Below, in pieces: positions 50,621-63,582 of a stretch of DNA of 64,000 nucleotides. The translations under genes and the position numbers were made by a program. The notes beneath the pieces were generated by a model. The model made no database searches and had not been told where the DNA came from. It saw nothing but the letters and a program-made list of their open reading frames with translations. Origin of the DNA: Harriotta raleighana (lineage: Eukaryota); contig JBNZDD010013714.1 in the NCBI GenBank assembly GCA_050575255.1, positions 8,307,681 through 8,371,680 on the forward strand, in the 5' to 3' direction. How positions within the stretch are numbered: the stretch's first letter is position 1; every line of letters starts with the position of its first letter.

Positions 50621-51638
50621 ATGGCGTTCCTAGGAAAAGCTGATTCTTTTCACAACACAAGACAGCAGGCAGCTTTATAGAATCTGGGCCTATCAGTCTG
50701 GAGGAGAACCCAGTGAAGAACAGTCATTTTACACCCTCCCCAAATTGGACTTGATGCCATCGTCAAAATAGAATGAGGCCTGAACGATACCAGCAAAATA
50801 AGAAATTTTAATAATACTGTAGGTTTTTTTTTAACTTAGGGACCATTTTATACATTTACATTTCTCACTTTGCAGCCTTTAGTCAGATGTCATCTTCAGA
50901 GTGGGAGACCTGTTGCAATAGAAGTACAGGTATATCTGAGAAATTATAGCTTTATTAGAAGGTTGAAGGGAAGCAATAATTCAGAACAGTGTTAAACACA
51001 ACTGAAATAACAAACACCTGCAATTTTCAGTCAGGAACGTTTGAACCAAGGGAGCCAACAGCTGGACAGGGGGGAGTGAGTCTGTTTTATCTACGGCCAA
51101 CAGGCTTCTATGCTGCTGTGACCTTGAAGTGAATATTAGTAGACTCAGCTAAGTGTCTAGTTTCTGTTTGTGAATTAATGGTCAAGAAACTATAAAGATG
51201 TCTTGTCTCTTTCCTTTTTCAAACTCTTCCAGCCACGATGAGTTCCAATGTGGCAGGCCATCTCTTTACTTATTTAATAATCTGCTAGATTCCACTTAAA
51301 CTTGGTGGGATCTTATCAGGGGTCAATCCCTCCAATTTTTGAAACGTGAAAAGTGATTGAGGCTGTGCCTCATTAAAGAAACACAGCTAAAGATTGTGCA
51401 CTGATTATCTTTCTGAAGCAGAAAATGCAGAGTGAACTGTTTCCAGGAACACAGACATTTTCCAAAGGTAAAAACCTTAAAAAAATAAATCACCTAAAAT
51501 TATGTCTCATTTCTGAAATAGCCACACTTATAGCACACAACCTCATCTCATTTTGTCCAGGCAGCTGTGTGACAAATATGTCAAATTAATACATCACAAG
51601 GTAAGAATGCATAGTTAGAATTTGACTGAAGTACCTCC

Positions 51639-51770
51639 NNNNNNNNNNNNNNNNNNNNNNNNNNNNNNNNNNNNNNNNNNNNNNNNNNNNNNNNNNNNNN
51701 NNNNNNNNNNNNNNNNNNNNNNNNNNNNNNNNNNNNNNNNNNNNNNNNNNNNNNNNNNNNNNNNNNNNNN
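51639..51770. other. Assembly gap (132 N)
   Basis: Run of N seen directly. Confidence 1.
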
Positions 51771-52014
51771 AACAGAAGCATCAGGAGTTCAATCTGAAGA
51801 CGGAATGATTCATGACCAGGAGCTGGTGAAAGGGTGAAGGAGGACGAATGCTGAGAACTTCGAGGGCTCTCTCCGGTGTGACCTTGGCAGGGCAAAAAAA
51901 ATATAAGAAAATGAAAGCGACTATCAATTCCCAACAGGGACAGATCACACTATAGATCAAGCAGAACCCTGGGGGGAGGAGGGGTTAGGGGTTTGTTACG
52001 AGAAAACGTGTTCC

Positions 52015-52075
52015 GTTTTAAGACGGAGAGAGAAACATACACACACATTCACACACATACATACACACACACACA
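52015..52075. repeat. Imperfect (AC)n microsatellite
   Basis: acatacacacacattcacacacatacatacacacacacaca. Confidence 0.9.
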
Positions 52076-53234
52076 ATAAAATCACTAAGCTGCAATCTTT
52101 AGATTACTTCACTGAATTCTGTTGTATTCTAAGACTTTGGCGTGGTGCTGTTTTCCAATACATTTTTTATTAGTTTGTATGTTGGGTCATTTCAGCCTGC
52201 TGCCCCCCCCACTTCCACCCCGCCCCGCACACCACCAAAAAAAACAGCACACACAAAGGTTTTAAATAATTCACGGATTCCTAGCATTTAACAACTGTTA
52301 ACATGCTTAAATGATTAGTCTGCTACACTTGACATGTTTGTATCTTTAATTATTTATTCATCTATCTTAATTGCTAACAATATTTCTGCACATCGACAGG
52401 GAGGGCTGTTTCTTACTTTTTCCCTTCTGTAGGAGGTATTGCTTTGCACATTTTAATGAATCTAAATGGAAGAGAATGTGCCATACAGGCATCACAGTTG
52501 GTCGCAGAGCCACTATTCCGTGCCTTTTATAGGCCCATATTGAAGTGTATCACAAAGTGCATTGTCCCTTGGTTAGATTTCCACACTCATTTCATCCTGA
52601 TCATTGTTCTGTTAAAAGTTACTTATATTTTATTGCAGTAATCTATTTAGTGACAGTCTTGCTTCTAAATCAGTCTGAGTACACAGGGATCACTGGTTGG
52701 CTGGTTTTGAATATATGAAACTGACCTGGAATTGACAGGTAGGTTGTTGGAAACTGCAGCTTTAACTGCAATTTATATTGACTCTCACTTAAAACAGTTC
52801 CTAGGCCGCACTGCGTAAATTTGGAACATATCTCCTGCATGTTAAACATGTAAACACTATTTTTTGAGCAACCAACCATCCTATAATATAAAAAAAATTA
52901 CTGGTAAGCGTAAATAGGCAGAACACAGCAATAAGATAGTGGGTGGCACATTACAAAAACTAAATGAGACTGAACAGGACTCACTGAGGCTAAGCAAGCC
53001 CTACTTGCATTGCTCTGGAATGCACTGCATGCTCTGAATGGTTCATTTTAGAAGCAAATCCGTTACTATTAAAATAAAGGTACACTCATATTTATATCAC
53101 TTAATATTTCCTTTCGTAAAGTTCTCAATAGTGGCCCCTGTCGATCTGTGTTTGTGTCTCTCAATCATGGTCAAGACTTACAGCCATTCTTCTGGCTCCA
53201 TTTGACTCTTATTTACGACTAGAGATTAATCACT

Positions 53235-53500
53235 AAGCATTTATGATTGTGGATTCAAACTGTATATAGTACGTCAAAGTGAGCTCCTCAGAAGTTAACC
53301 GAATTAGCACATTGTCCTTTCATCTCTCTGACCCGGGTTTCAAACTAGCCCAGACTGATCTTACTGCNAAGCATTTATGATTGTGGATTCAAACTGTATA
53401 TAGTACATCAAAGTGAGCTCCTCAGAAGTAACCGAATTAGCACATTGTCTTTTCATCTCTCTGACCCGGGTTTCAAACTAGCCCAGACTGATCTTACTGC
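53235..53500. repeat. ~133-bp direct duplication separated by a single N (probable assembly overlap)
   Basis: 53235-53367 and 53369-53500 are identical except for 2 substitutions and a 1-bp indel; N at 53368. Confidence 0.95.
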
Positions 53501-53730
53501 CACCAATAATGGTCCCATGTCAAATGCCCTTGGATTCAAATCCATTTCCTATTGTGACCATGACAACAGCCCATAATATGAGTTGCAATTTGCACTAAAT
53601 CTCATTCAGAGGTTAGAAAGATTTCATTGCAGGAAATACCGCTGTAATAGTGGACTTTGGGGTGAAGATATGTTCTGGGATTCCATTTAAAAGGCTTTGT
53701 GTTGTGATTAACTCAAACTATATCTCACAT
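53425..53730 (+). mobile_element. Ancient tRNA-derived SINE (AmnSINE2-like by recollection)
   Basis: ttagcacattgtc..ttcatctctctgacccgggtttcaaactagcccagactgat (B-box-like), then ggtcccatgtcaaatg...ccatttccta...atttgcactaa. Confidence 0.45.
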
Positions 53731-56399
53731 ACAAAAAGCAGGCAATATTGCATTCTGAAAGTCATGTTGTTGTAGGTTAATGTCATTGTTTTCCAGTTTA
53801 TAGTTAAAAATTCGGGAAAGAGTGAAAAATTAAGTGTGAGATTCCAGCCCACAAGTTTGCCTTTATTTTTGGTCTCACCAAATAAATCACCTGCCTATTG
53901 ACTTGCCTTTGATCTCCTTTTATGTCATAGTTTCTCTCTGCAGAATGTACTCTTGTGGAGAGATTTATTTCCCAAAATGTGATCATTTTTAGCTCTAAAT
54001 GTTTGTTTGAATCCTGCTTGGAAATTCTGATCTATCTTGAGTTTTTTTTTCCTTTTCATCTTGTTCCTCTGATCCAATTCACGAATGCTGATGTCCTGCT
54101 TGGTTCAAGGCAATTCGACTTTAAAAAATTCCAACCAGCAATTAAAAATACAGGTAGGAGAGGAAGTCAAATTAATTCCTAATTCAATGCAGCATTTGAC
54201 CTGCAATGTGTTCATGTATCAGGAGAGCAAAAGGATACAGGTTTAGTATTGTAAATGGCAATTTCAGGTCACACCAAGAAGTATTTCTTTAAACAGATGG
54301 TAATCAATAGCTTACTATAAGCCAGGATACCATGTGGTAAAGACCATAAGCTCGGACTCATTTCATAAACAGTTTAATACTATAATGGGAAGATGGGAAG
54401 TGTTGTGTTCTGGAACGATGAGATAATCGGATTCCCCAAAGTTCGTGAGATGAGCTAAGTGAAGCAACTAGACAAGCCAGGATTCTACTACCTTAAAAAG
54501 AGACATCTCCAAGCCATACCGATATAGAAGATGTACAATGCAAAAGAGAAAGTAAACCTAGAACAATACCGTCACATACACCAAGACAAAGAAGCACTGG
54601 CCCGGACTGTGAAGGGAATTTCTAGGAAGTGTTCATTATACAGAGTGTAATCAACAGCTGCTCTGCGTTGCCTGCAGTAAGGCTTTGGGACATCTGATGA
54701 TAATTGTCTTGGCTCTATTTGCCATGAACATTATTCATTCAATGTTCTTGTCTGCAGAGGTTATTAGCAATAGTGTTGTGGCATGTGGTCCTTAAGCCAA
54801 TCATATTTAATGTTTCAGTCCAGATAATAGATTATTGCCATCAGAAGTACTTACTGAGTTGTACACAGTTGAAGTCCTAGCTAGAAAATATTGTATACTA
54901 TTGTATGTCTGAAGGAGAACAGGTTGCTTCTGATCTTACTATTCCCACAAGTCTGGGTCTCTTAAAAAACTGACCTTTCAAGAATAAAAGAAATACACTA
55001 GCCCCTAAGAAAGGAACAGGGAAGGAGTTCCACAAGCTTGAATGAGGAAGAATATGCAGAGCATATCTCATTCCAAAATAGGCTGAATAACAAGGCAAAT
55101 CCACAGATGTAGATTTATAACAGCTTATTCTGCTGGGCGATGCACTTTATAGGTCACATCATTGGTAGGGTGGAATTGGTTGTTAAGATTTGGCTTCACT
55201 AATAGCCCCTGAAGAAAACCTCGAAGAAAATCAGTTTTTCACTCCTGATAAAATTGAGGGTTTTACAGAGAATCTTTTCTTTCACTCATCAGTAGGGCCC
55301 TGGCTTTTTATGACAATGATTGAACCACATCAAAGGAGCTATTACCCTTGAAAACTCTGACCAGGTTGGTGTTAAAAGCAGATCTAACACCAATCCAACC
55401 TCTTCCATAACCCGTTAATCCCCGTTAAACCCTGAAATGCTTTTTAACAGGAATTATTCCACAGTCCCAAGTTCCTCTTAACTTTGCTGGCCTCTGGCCT
55501 CATAGATATATATTTAATTATCTAGAGTATAGTAACAAACCAGTGAGGGATTTTACAACCCCAAGGTCAGCTGTGTCTAGCAAGCAATGCAAGATGATGC
55601 ACTATTATGGCACGATCAATTACTTGCATCATTTTTACACAAGGAATCAAGCTCACGCCACGCATTACACATGTTACATCAATTCATGTTACATGTTGCA
55701 GAAACCTCAGCGCTAGTTTTCCTGAAACCTTATGGCTAGTATGTTGGACAGCATACAGCACCAGCTAAGAGCATAGACATATAGCAAACTGTCTCCCTGG
55801 TGGATTAAAAAAATTGTTACATTTTACATTGCAAAATCTGAAGTATTAAGGCAATCAATGATCTTCAGGTGACATCAAGGACAGCCTTGGCTGTGATTAG
55901 TCTTGCAATTGACTTGACTCCCAATACACGCAGATAGGTTAAACACATCAGTACTAGCAACTTGTGTGAGCTGCTGGAAAGCACCCACTATTGGGAGGCG
56001 ATCTCTGGAGTCATTCGAAAATTTGTTCTCACCATTTCTTAGGACAGAATGCAGGAAAAGGAGAATGTACCAGAATGTATTGTGAGGGCCAACATTCCTA
56101 CCACTATTAATAGTTTATGCTTTCATTTTATCATTATTATAATTGAATGGATATATCTCCAAACTAATAAAATTTTGTTCTGTACTTTGTGGTATAAATG
56201 CATTTTCCATCGAGTCATAACTCTTTAAATCAAATCATAACTCAAATATATTTACCTGAACACTCTAAAACATGCCACAGCACGTGATCCGTGTTGGCAG
56301 CTGTTTTTCGCATGTTATTTTGCAAATGACAATAACTTCTGATGTTATTCCAGCGCAAGTTGTTTAACATGTGAAAAGTCTTCAGATCATCCGCAAAAC

Positions 56400-56765
56400 C
56401 GTATTATGCACCAAATGAAAACAAGAGCACAGAAAGTTCGGAGGGTTGGAACATATTTCTTAATAGGACAAATCTTTTTGTTCCAGAAGGTACATAAAAC
56501 CACAGTGGCAGGCTTTGAAAATAAACTGTATGAATGGATTCAAGAGTACAGACAAAAGGGATTCATTGTAACAAACAAAATGCTTAAACAGACCTCAAAG
56601 GAACTAGTGCATGCAGGAGGGAAGGCATTAAAGATTTATAGGCCTCAGTTTTTGTGTAGCCCTCTGCATGCATCACAAAGTTTCTAAATTGTCACTTCAA
56701 AGAAGAACCACCATTGCTCAGTGACTAACTGAAGAACATAAAACGAAGTTAAGCTAACTTCACAG
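56400..56765 (+). pseudogene. Degenerate pogo-family (POGK/Tigger-like) transposase fragment, CENP-B-type HTH region
   Basis: ORF 56406-56687 contains FENKLYEWIQEYRQKGFIVTNKMLKQTSKEL. A shifted frame from 56689 reads LSLQRRTTIAQ*LTEEHKTKL, resembling the pogo LSLRRRTT.AQ.LP motif. Confidence 0.7.
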
Positions 56766-57033
56766 ATTTATAATAATGTAATGAGCCATGTGTTGTGCCG
56801 TATTTACTACAGGTCTGGGAAATAATAGTGGCTGTTCTTCTGCAAGCTAGTTAGGATTTTTTTTATTTCAGTTTTAGAATGTCTGGTTAATTATAACCCT
56901 GAGAAATGTCCTTCCATGGGAACAATTAACGGCTTCCTGAGTGCAAGAGGAGGTAGGATTCCTGTCACATGAACCATGGAAGGAGGGGGGCGGGGGGGGG
57001 AGTCCAAGTGAATGCAATTGTTTATGCAATGCC

Positions 57034-57410
57034 TGTGTCAGCTTGACTCAGTTGATAGTATTCTTGTCTCTGGGTCAGAAAGCTGTAAGGTTCGCTCCTC
57101 CTCACGAGATTTGAGTCCACAGTCCGGTCTGACACTCTGATGAGGAACTAACTGCTCATTGGAGGCGTTATCTTTCAGTTAAGAAGATAAACCAATTATG
57201 TTCCGGTGCATGTTAAAGCTCCCATGACACTGTTTGAAAAATGATGGTGTTTTCATCCAGTGTCCTGATTTCCGGATGCATTGCTCATTCACCCCACAGC
57301 TGTTTGTGGGCCTACCAAAGCTGGGCACAACACTTTATAGTAATTAGCTGTGAAGCACTTCTTGAAGATGTTTTGATGTGATAAGACACTTTAAAAGTGC
57401 AGGGTCTTAT
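57034..57410 (+). mobile_element. Deu-type SINE, near full length and diverged
   Basis: tgtcagcttgactcagttgatagtattcttgtctctgggtcagaaagctgtaaggttcg...gttaaagctcccatgacactgtttgaa...gctgtttgtggg...tgtgaagcactt. Confidence 0.75.
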
Positions 57411-60400
57411 TTACCTGTAACTGAATATTAGATGAGCGTGGATGTGAAATGCTAGCTTTGCACAAAGCCACTTAAATCCTGCTTTGCAGTACAGGGCTGG
57501 TTCATTCTTTGTGGTTATCTCAAAGCAAGCACTCAATAAGATTGACAAAAAGACTGTGACTACCACGATTGTAAAATATGGATGAACTTTATGCCTTGAA
57601 ATGCCTGCTAAAAATGCAGAAGAGAAAATATCCGAGAGAGACATTTCAGCTCTAAAAGTGGTTATGAAAAGCCGCAGTTTATAGTAGTTTAGTATTCTTG
57701 GCAGGTGGCATAAACTGCCACATTAATGTGTGTTGTCACATGAAAGGAAAAGATGGCTAATGGAGTTCTAATTAACAGACAAGAAAATAGGTAGTACAAT
57801 AAGGGTACAATAGAGGAGTGGACAGAGAGAGATTGGAGACTGCTGAAGCCAGGTAGACTGCCCAGCCTGTTAGTACATGCGATAAGTGCATGTCAGTCCA
57901 CTTATGCAGAAGCACCCTTGCAGACATAGCCCAGATGTCGTTGTTATTTGCCACAATGCAAATTGGTTTGTTGCAGTGTAAATTTAATAATCTCCAATGT
58001 AAATCACTGGTCAAAATTTAATTTGAGCAGAAATCTGGGAGAATATATTCTGAAGCCGAATACTTCAGTACTGTGTTTGCACCGGAGTAAAATCCATATA
58101 AAATAATACTGTAATCTGCTTACATAACACAGGAGCAACTACCCAGTGAGTCCTGATGCATTAGTTGCCACAGTTGTCTGATGATAAATGGTTCATCTGT
58201 GCAAGATAGTCTACTGCAAATGTTGTCTGCATTTTAATGTACTTCCATCATATTAAAGCCCTATTTTGGCATTATGAAAATTGCATTGCTTTGACTCTAT
58301 TGAAAACAGGACAACTTACATGTTTCCCCTGTGTATCTTTTTAAATGTGCTGCAGCCAGTTTGAGCTCACGAACTGGTGATAATCAGGCTTTGCTATACA
58401 TTCATTGGTGCTTTTGTAGTTTCTAACCCACTTGTGTGAATAGAATTAGAGTTAATGACAGATTTCTGATTTCCTGAGCTAGCTACTGATGCAGGACCCA
58501 GCTCTGGGGAATCAACTTTTTTCCCACCATCTAATGCTCCCCTTTGTGTAGCGGTGAAACTGGCAGGAGAACTAACATGAGCTGGAGACCTGCCTTTTAC
58601 CTCCAGGGTCTTATTTTATTTGTGTTTACTGATCCCTCGTGCATCAGACATGCCTGGAGTCCTCTCCACTGCAGGATCAGGCTCCAGCTGTTTTGCGAGT
58701 ATTAATGTTTCCATTTTTAACTTATTGTCAGGAGGAAAAGATTAACAATTAGGCAGATAGCTGAGTTTTCCACTGGTACTGCTGCTGTTACCATCTATTG
58801 AGTAGAAATCCAGTCCATGTGCTCTGTGAACACTATTGCAGTTAGATGTTGATTCACTGTGAAGATTCATTGGATTCCAAGAGAACAGACCAGAGCGGTA
58901 AAACTTCCCTACCTGCTGATGCTGGTTGAAAATCAAATGCAGCGTGTTATGTTTGGACCACTTCCATTCATTCTTTGCTTTGTGACTAAACAAACATTAG
59001 AACAAAGAAAGAACCTGCAGGGACCAGATGGGTCACTTGGTGTGGTCCCATGAACAAGTTTAGTGCAGAGGTGAATGCGGAATTGATCTCATTTTTATTT
59101 TCCCCACGTAAACGTGATAACATGGATTGATGAGGTTAAATGACATATCAGAAACTACAGCAAAGCTGCACTGATCACCGTTGACTATAACCAAGTACAA
59201 CCTGACATGTGCAAGGAAGCGGCATTGTTCAATGCCACCTCAGTCACGCATTGTTGGTGAGAATGTCTGTAACCCAGCGGTGTAAGTCCAACAGCAGCGT
59301 TAAGAGATGATTTTTACAATTTTGTTGTTGTTTGTTGTTGTTGTTTCAGACCGTTTTACAAAATCTAATACTTTAGAAATGAAAGTGAGTGTTGTACTGA
59401 CAAACGTGGCAACTCCATGAAGCGAGCTTGGCGCTAAAATTGAAAAGTTATAGGGAATAACTCCTTCTACTTGTAAACTCCGAAGAACAGAGAATCTCTA
59501 GTGACTAGTCTGGTGCCTAGAAGTCTCTGGGACTAGCACTTACTTATAATTATGTGATATAACAGCCGAGTCTGTTACATTAAGAGACTTAGTTTCACAA
59601 AGAGCCAATGCTGAAATCTAGATTGTGGTTCGTTCATCAAGCCAAATACGCTTGTGTATACACAGAGTTGACCAATAGTGGGAGAAAACATTTTCTTTAT
59701 AAAATACTGTGTTTTGCAGGAATCCGTTTGATTCTGAGATCAGAACTTTTCTCCGCTATGCACTGTGTTCTTTGAAGTCCTTAACACCTGTGAAGAACAG
59801 GCTTTGTTCTTCATAAGTGCTGCAGAACTCAGGAAGAACAAAGCCCCATGAAAGAGAGATATGTAAAGTCTGGGTGTACTGATTCATCTGCAAGCTACAT
59901 TTATTTCCTAATGGGTTGATTGTGTAATTGTTACCTGGTCTGACACTTAATTACATTGTAGAGTTTTTGACTTAAAGGGAAACAGTGCTGTGGGGAAACC
60001 CTTTCACTCCAATGTACTCAAGTGTTATGAAAAACATGTTTTATTTCTGGTGTCAAGATCTAGCAGGCAATATTAAGCTATTGATGCTGTTGGAGTGCTG
60101 GAGTCAGCATCTAAAACTTGGAAGGATTCTGATCCCTGCTCAAAACAATGATAGCTGCTGATGATGGATTGCCACATACCTCAACGGAACAGTGCTCTTC
60201 TGGTTGGAAGATCCAATATGGCAGGTCTCCAGGAGACTATGCTATGATTGTTCAGATTGGGAATCTCCTTCGCGGGAAAGAGCAGCAGTCTCTCTAAGCA
60301 TTATTGGGGGAGGCTGGGGGAGGGAGGGGTGGGGTGTGGGGGTGCAGCTGACTGTTAATTAGAAGCAGAACTGCGGGGAAATCTTGACATTGATACCGAT

Positions 60401-60645
60401 ACTTTAGTCAATAACATGCCAGGTATGTGTAAAAGAGACAAGTTACTGTTACAACTAATTAACAGTGTTTACTGACAATTAGGAATTCACTTCATAACTA
60501 GAACCAGTAGTTTGTTTCCTCTGGAAAACAGGAACAGACTTTGCAAGTGAGGTCTGCCTGAATCAAAGCAAACTCACCGCAGTACTGACCAGCCCTGTAA
60601 ACCCCTTCACTGGTGACTCAAAAGCACATTACAATATTATATTAA

Positions 60646-60810
60646 TCCACGACTGTTTGTGGGGCACTGCCCTGAGCAATTGGCTACCCCATTTCACCTG
60701 CAAAACATACAGTCAGTTCACTTAACAGCATATTCTGTGAAGTGCTTTTAGGTGTCTAGAAGATGTGATAAGACACTATATTAAATGCAAGGATTATTAT
60801 CATTATTATT
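60646..60810 (+). mobile_element. 5'-truncated copy of the 21618-type SINE
   Basis: tccacgactgtttgtggggcactgc...tattctgtgaagtgctttt...gtctagaagatgtga...aaatgcaaggattattatcattattatt. Confidence 0.85.
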
Positions 60811-62679
60811 TTGAGAAGTTTAGAGCCTTGATTTTCTGGTCCTGTCCTGCCACTGTTGCTAACAGCGCTAGAGATAGTCTCATCCACGTTGTTGCCCTAT
60901 CGTCCATTTAACTTTGTTGAACCTGACTTAAGCTATTTTGCAATGTGCAATAATTTCAACATTATGTACCAGAAGGCTAAATGACTTTATAATACATTAG
61001 TGTACCACTGAATATATATTTATGAGACTGTTTCTTTGGCTCAGTATGAAGCGTTGCTCAATAGCATATTTACATTTACTGTATTATAATTTCTACTTGG
61101 AGCTGAATGATTGAAATAGCTGTAATTCATTATTACTGCCTGAGCGCTGAAGGAAATATTTGTGACAATGAATTAGAATCTTTCTCTTCATTTTCACATA
61201 CAATTTACATTATGCGTTCGGGCACATGTTATTTCCCAGCATACCTTACTTTCTAGTAGTACAGTCAGATTCGTTTTGCTCTTGTGGATAAGGGGCTTCA
61301 ATGTCATCAAAAAGGTCATCGCTGTCTAACTACGCTCTAGTGCAGTTCAATGTAATTTCTCGTCCAGTATGCAAATACTCCGTAACCCCCCCTCGCCCCT
61401 CTCCTCTGCTATCTGCAGTTTCAGATTTCTTGTGCACTAGTTACCATTACAGTGGATTTGAAACAGGACCTATTTGAATGGAAGCTAAATGTACAACGTG
61501 ACTGTTGTATTACAGACACCTTTCTTGTAGTTAGGAACATTACGCCACTACTTCTTAATTGGGACAGAGGAGGAATGAGAGTTATCTTCTTCCTGAGCTT
61601 GTTAAAAGGACATCATCTCAAGCATATCTATTATCTTTTCTCTCTTACCCTCTCTATGCCACGACTAATCCTGTCAATCTTCAGCCCTTCTAAGGGCTTA
61701 AGGTTCACATAGGATCAAGATGTGTAAACATGTTTCTTTACGGCACTCTTGATATTTTTCCTTCTTTTGCTCCACAATTGCTTCTTTTGGGGGAAAAAAA
61801 TCTTTGCTTTCTTGTACCTAAAACATGCACTTAAATTGCCTTCGGGCCCATATTTCTGGAATCTATCACTTAATCCGTGTGTTATTTTAATCCTGCTGTT
61901 TATATATTACAAAACATTTTTCTTGTGTGTTGCTTTGTCTATTCAGTGAAACAGCTGGAGTACAATCCCTCGGACATCCCAAACCAGTGAAAAATAGTTG
62001 CTCTTTCTCATGAATAACAATGTACATAAATTGGAGATAAACGTGTGGAACAGGGGGAGATGAATCAGTTTTTTTTAGGCAAATTGAAAGATGCACGGGC
62101 GTTTTATCTAAAGCAAGAAGAAAATAAATATTTATCTGAAGAAAAAGTAATACAGTACAACTTTCCTTCAGTTCACTGATGTCTGGAATTGATTGAACAC
62201 GCTGGGAAATTCTTGAGAAATAAAAGTTGTCGCAGCCTCCCAGTGAATTAAATGCTGTGATTCTGTTCTTTAATATTGACCCTCAGCTTTGCCTGTTTCA
62301 GTATGTTAAGTGGTACCCACTTAATATTACCATATTGCTTTTGCTTACTCTGTATTTCATCAGATAAATCTAGATACAATATGATTTTATTAATGTTAAT
62401 GTGCTTTTCCCTTACAGTTGCCAGAAGGCATTGTCTCTTCCTGTAGCATAATAATTTCACAATCACAGCTTCGAGGTAGGATTCTGGAGAGTGTGGTGTG
62501 TTTTATATAATGATAGGCTCACAGTGTTAGCGTCACTCTTGGCTACTTTAAACTGATCTACATTTAAGAGTGTATGGATTTTTTTTAAAAAGTGAAAACA
62601 TCTAAACTTGAAGAAATACTCCTTAGTTCTGATATACCTCCATAAGCGCCTCATGATTTTTGTGAGACTTTGTAGTGGA

Positions 62680-62798
62680 AATGGCTGCCACATTTGCCTA
62701 TAAACAGTGAGACGGATGACAGGAATCACATGTGAAGGGCTTTGACGTGTTTGATGTGATAAAGTGCTATAGAAAAGCAAGTTCTACTTTCTTTCTTC
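62680..62798 (+). mobile_element. Deu-type SINE 3' end
   Basis: atggctgccacatttgccta...tgtgaagggctttga...gtgataaagtgctatagaaaagcaagttc. Confidence 0.55.
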
Positions 62799-63350
62799 AC
62801 TGTGCATTGACTAAGGCACATTCTTTCTTATTTTATCTCTTTATGGAAGATCATTTTCTTTCACAATCTGCTCTCTAAATGTGTTACAAGCTTGCTTTTA
62901 CTCTGAGTGGAGGCTTGAAAGACACTAGTCCTCAGCGACCTCTACTATAATCATAAGAATTCCTTGCAATAAACAAAAGCCATTTGCAGTATGTCTCATC
63001 AAACTGCCCTCACCATGGAAGTAATAACACTTTAAAAATATTTAGTTGTAACCTCCATTTGAACAAATTTCTGATCCAAAAAAGATGTTCCTCCTTTTGC
63101 TGTTGTACTCTCCTGTTTGATACCTTGTTCCCACCTCAATTAATTTTCCACTCTCCTCAAATTCTGTTTGCTTTGCCTGCATGAGTTTCGCGATGTCCAA
63201 ATTTGTTGCTCATTGGTAACTCAAAACAGCATCGCAAGATGTGAAGGACTTACAAAGGATAGTAAAGGATCTCAAATAGACAATCTCAGATACTGAGTAA
63301 ATAGAAAGTTTGTCATCATAAAATCTTCATGCTGGATTAAAGAGGGTATG

Positions 63351-63582
63351 TTAGAATACATTAGAATATACAGTACAGAAACAGGCCATTCGGCCCAACT
63401 GGTTTAAACAGCGTTTATGCTCCACATGAGCTCCTCCTGCCCTTCCTCAACTAAGACTACAAGCATAACCTTCTATTCCTTTCTCCCTCATGTACCTATC
63501 TAGTTTCCACTTAAATACCTGTACATGTATCCTATTTGCCTCAACAACTCCTTGTGGTAGCAAGTTTCACAACGCAACCACG
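63351..63582 (-). mobile_element. CR1-clade LINE 3' end
   Basis: ttagaatacattagaatatacagtacagaaacaggccattcggcccaac...tcaacaactccttgtggtagcaagtttcac; a similar, shorter end lies at ~44925-45030. Confidence 0.8.

Noticed and set aside
50865-50905. Penelope-like terminal motif (gcctttagtcagatgtcatcttcag)
   Set aside because: Too short and degenerate to call.
51581-51934. ORFs spanning the N gap
   Set aside because: Artefacts of translating through Ns.
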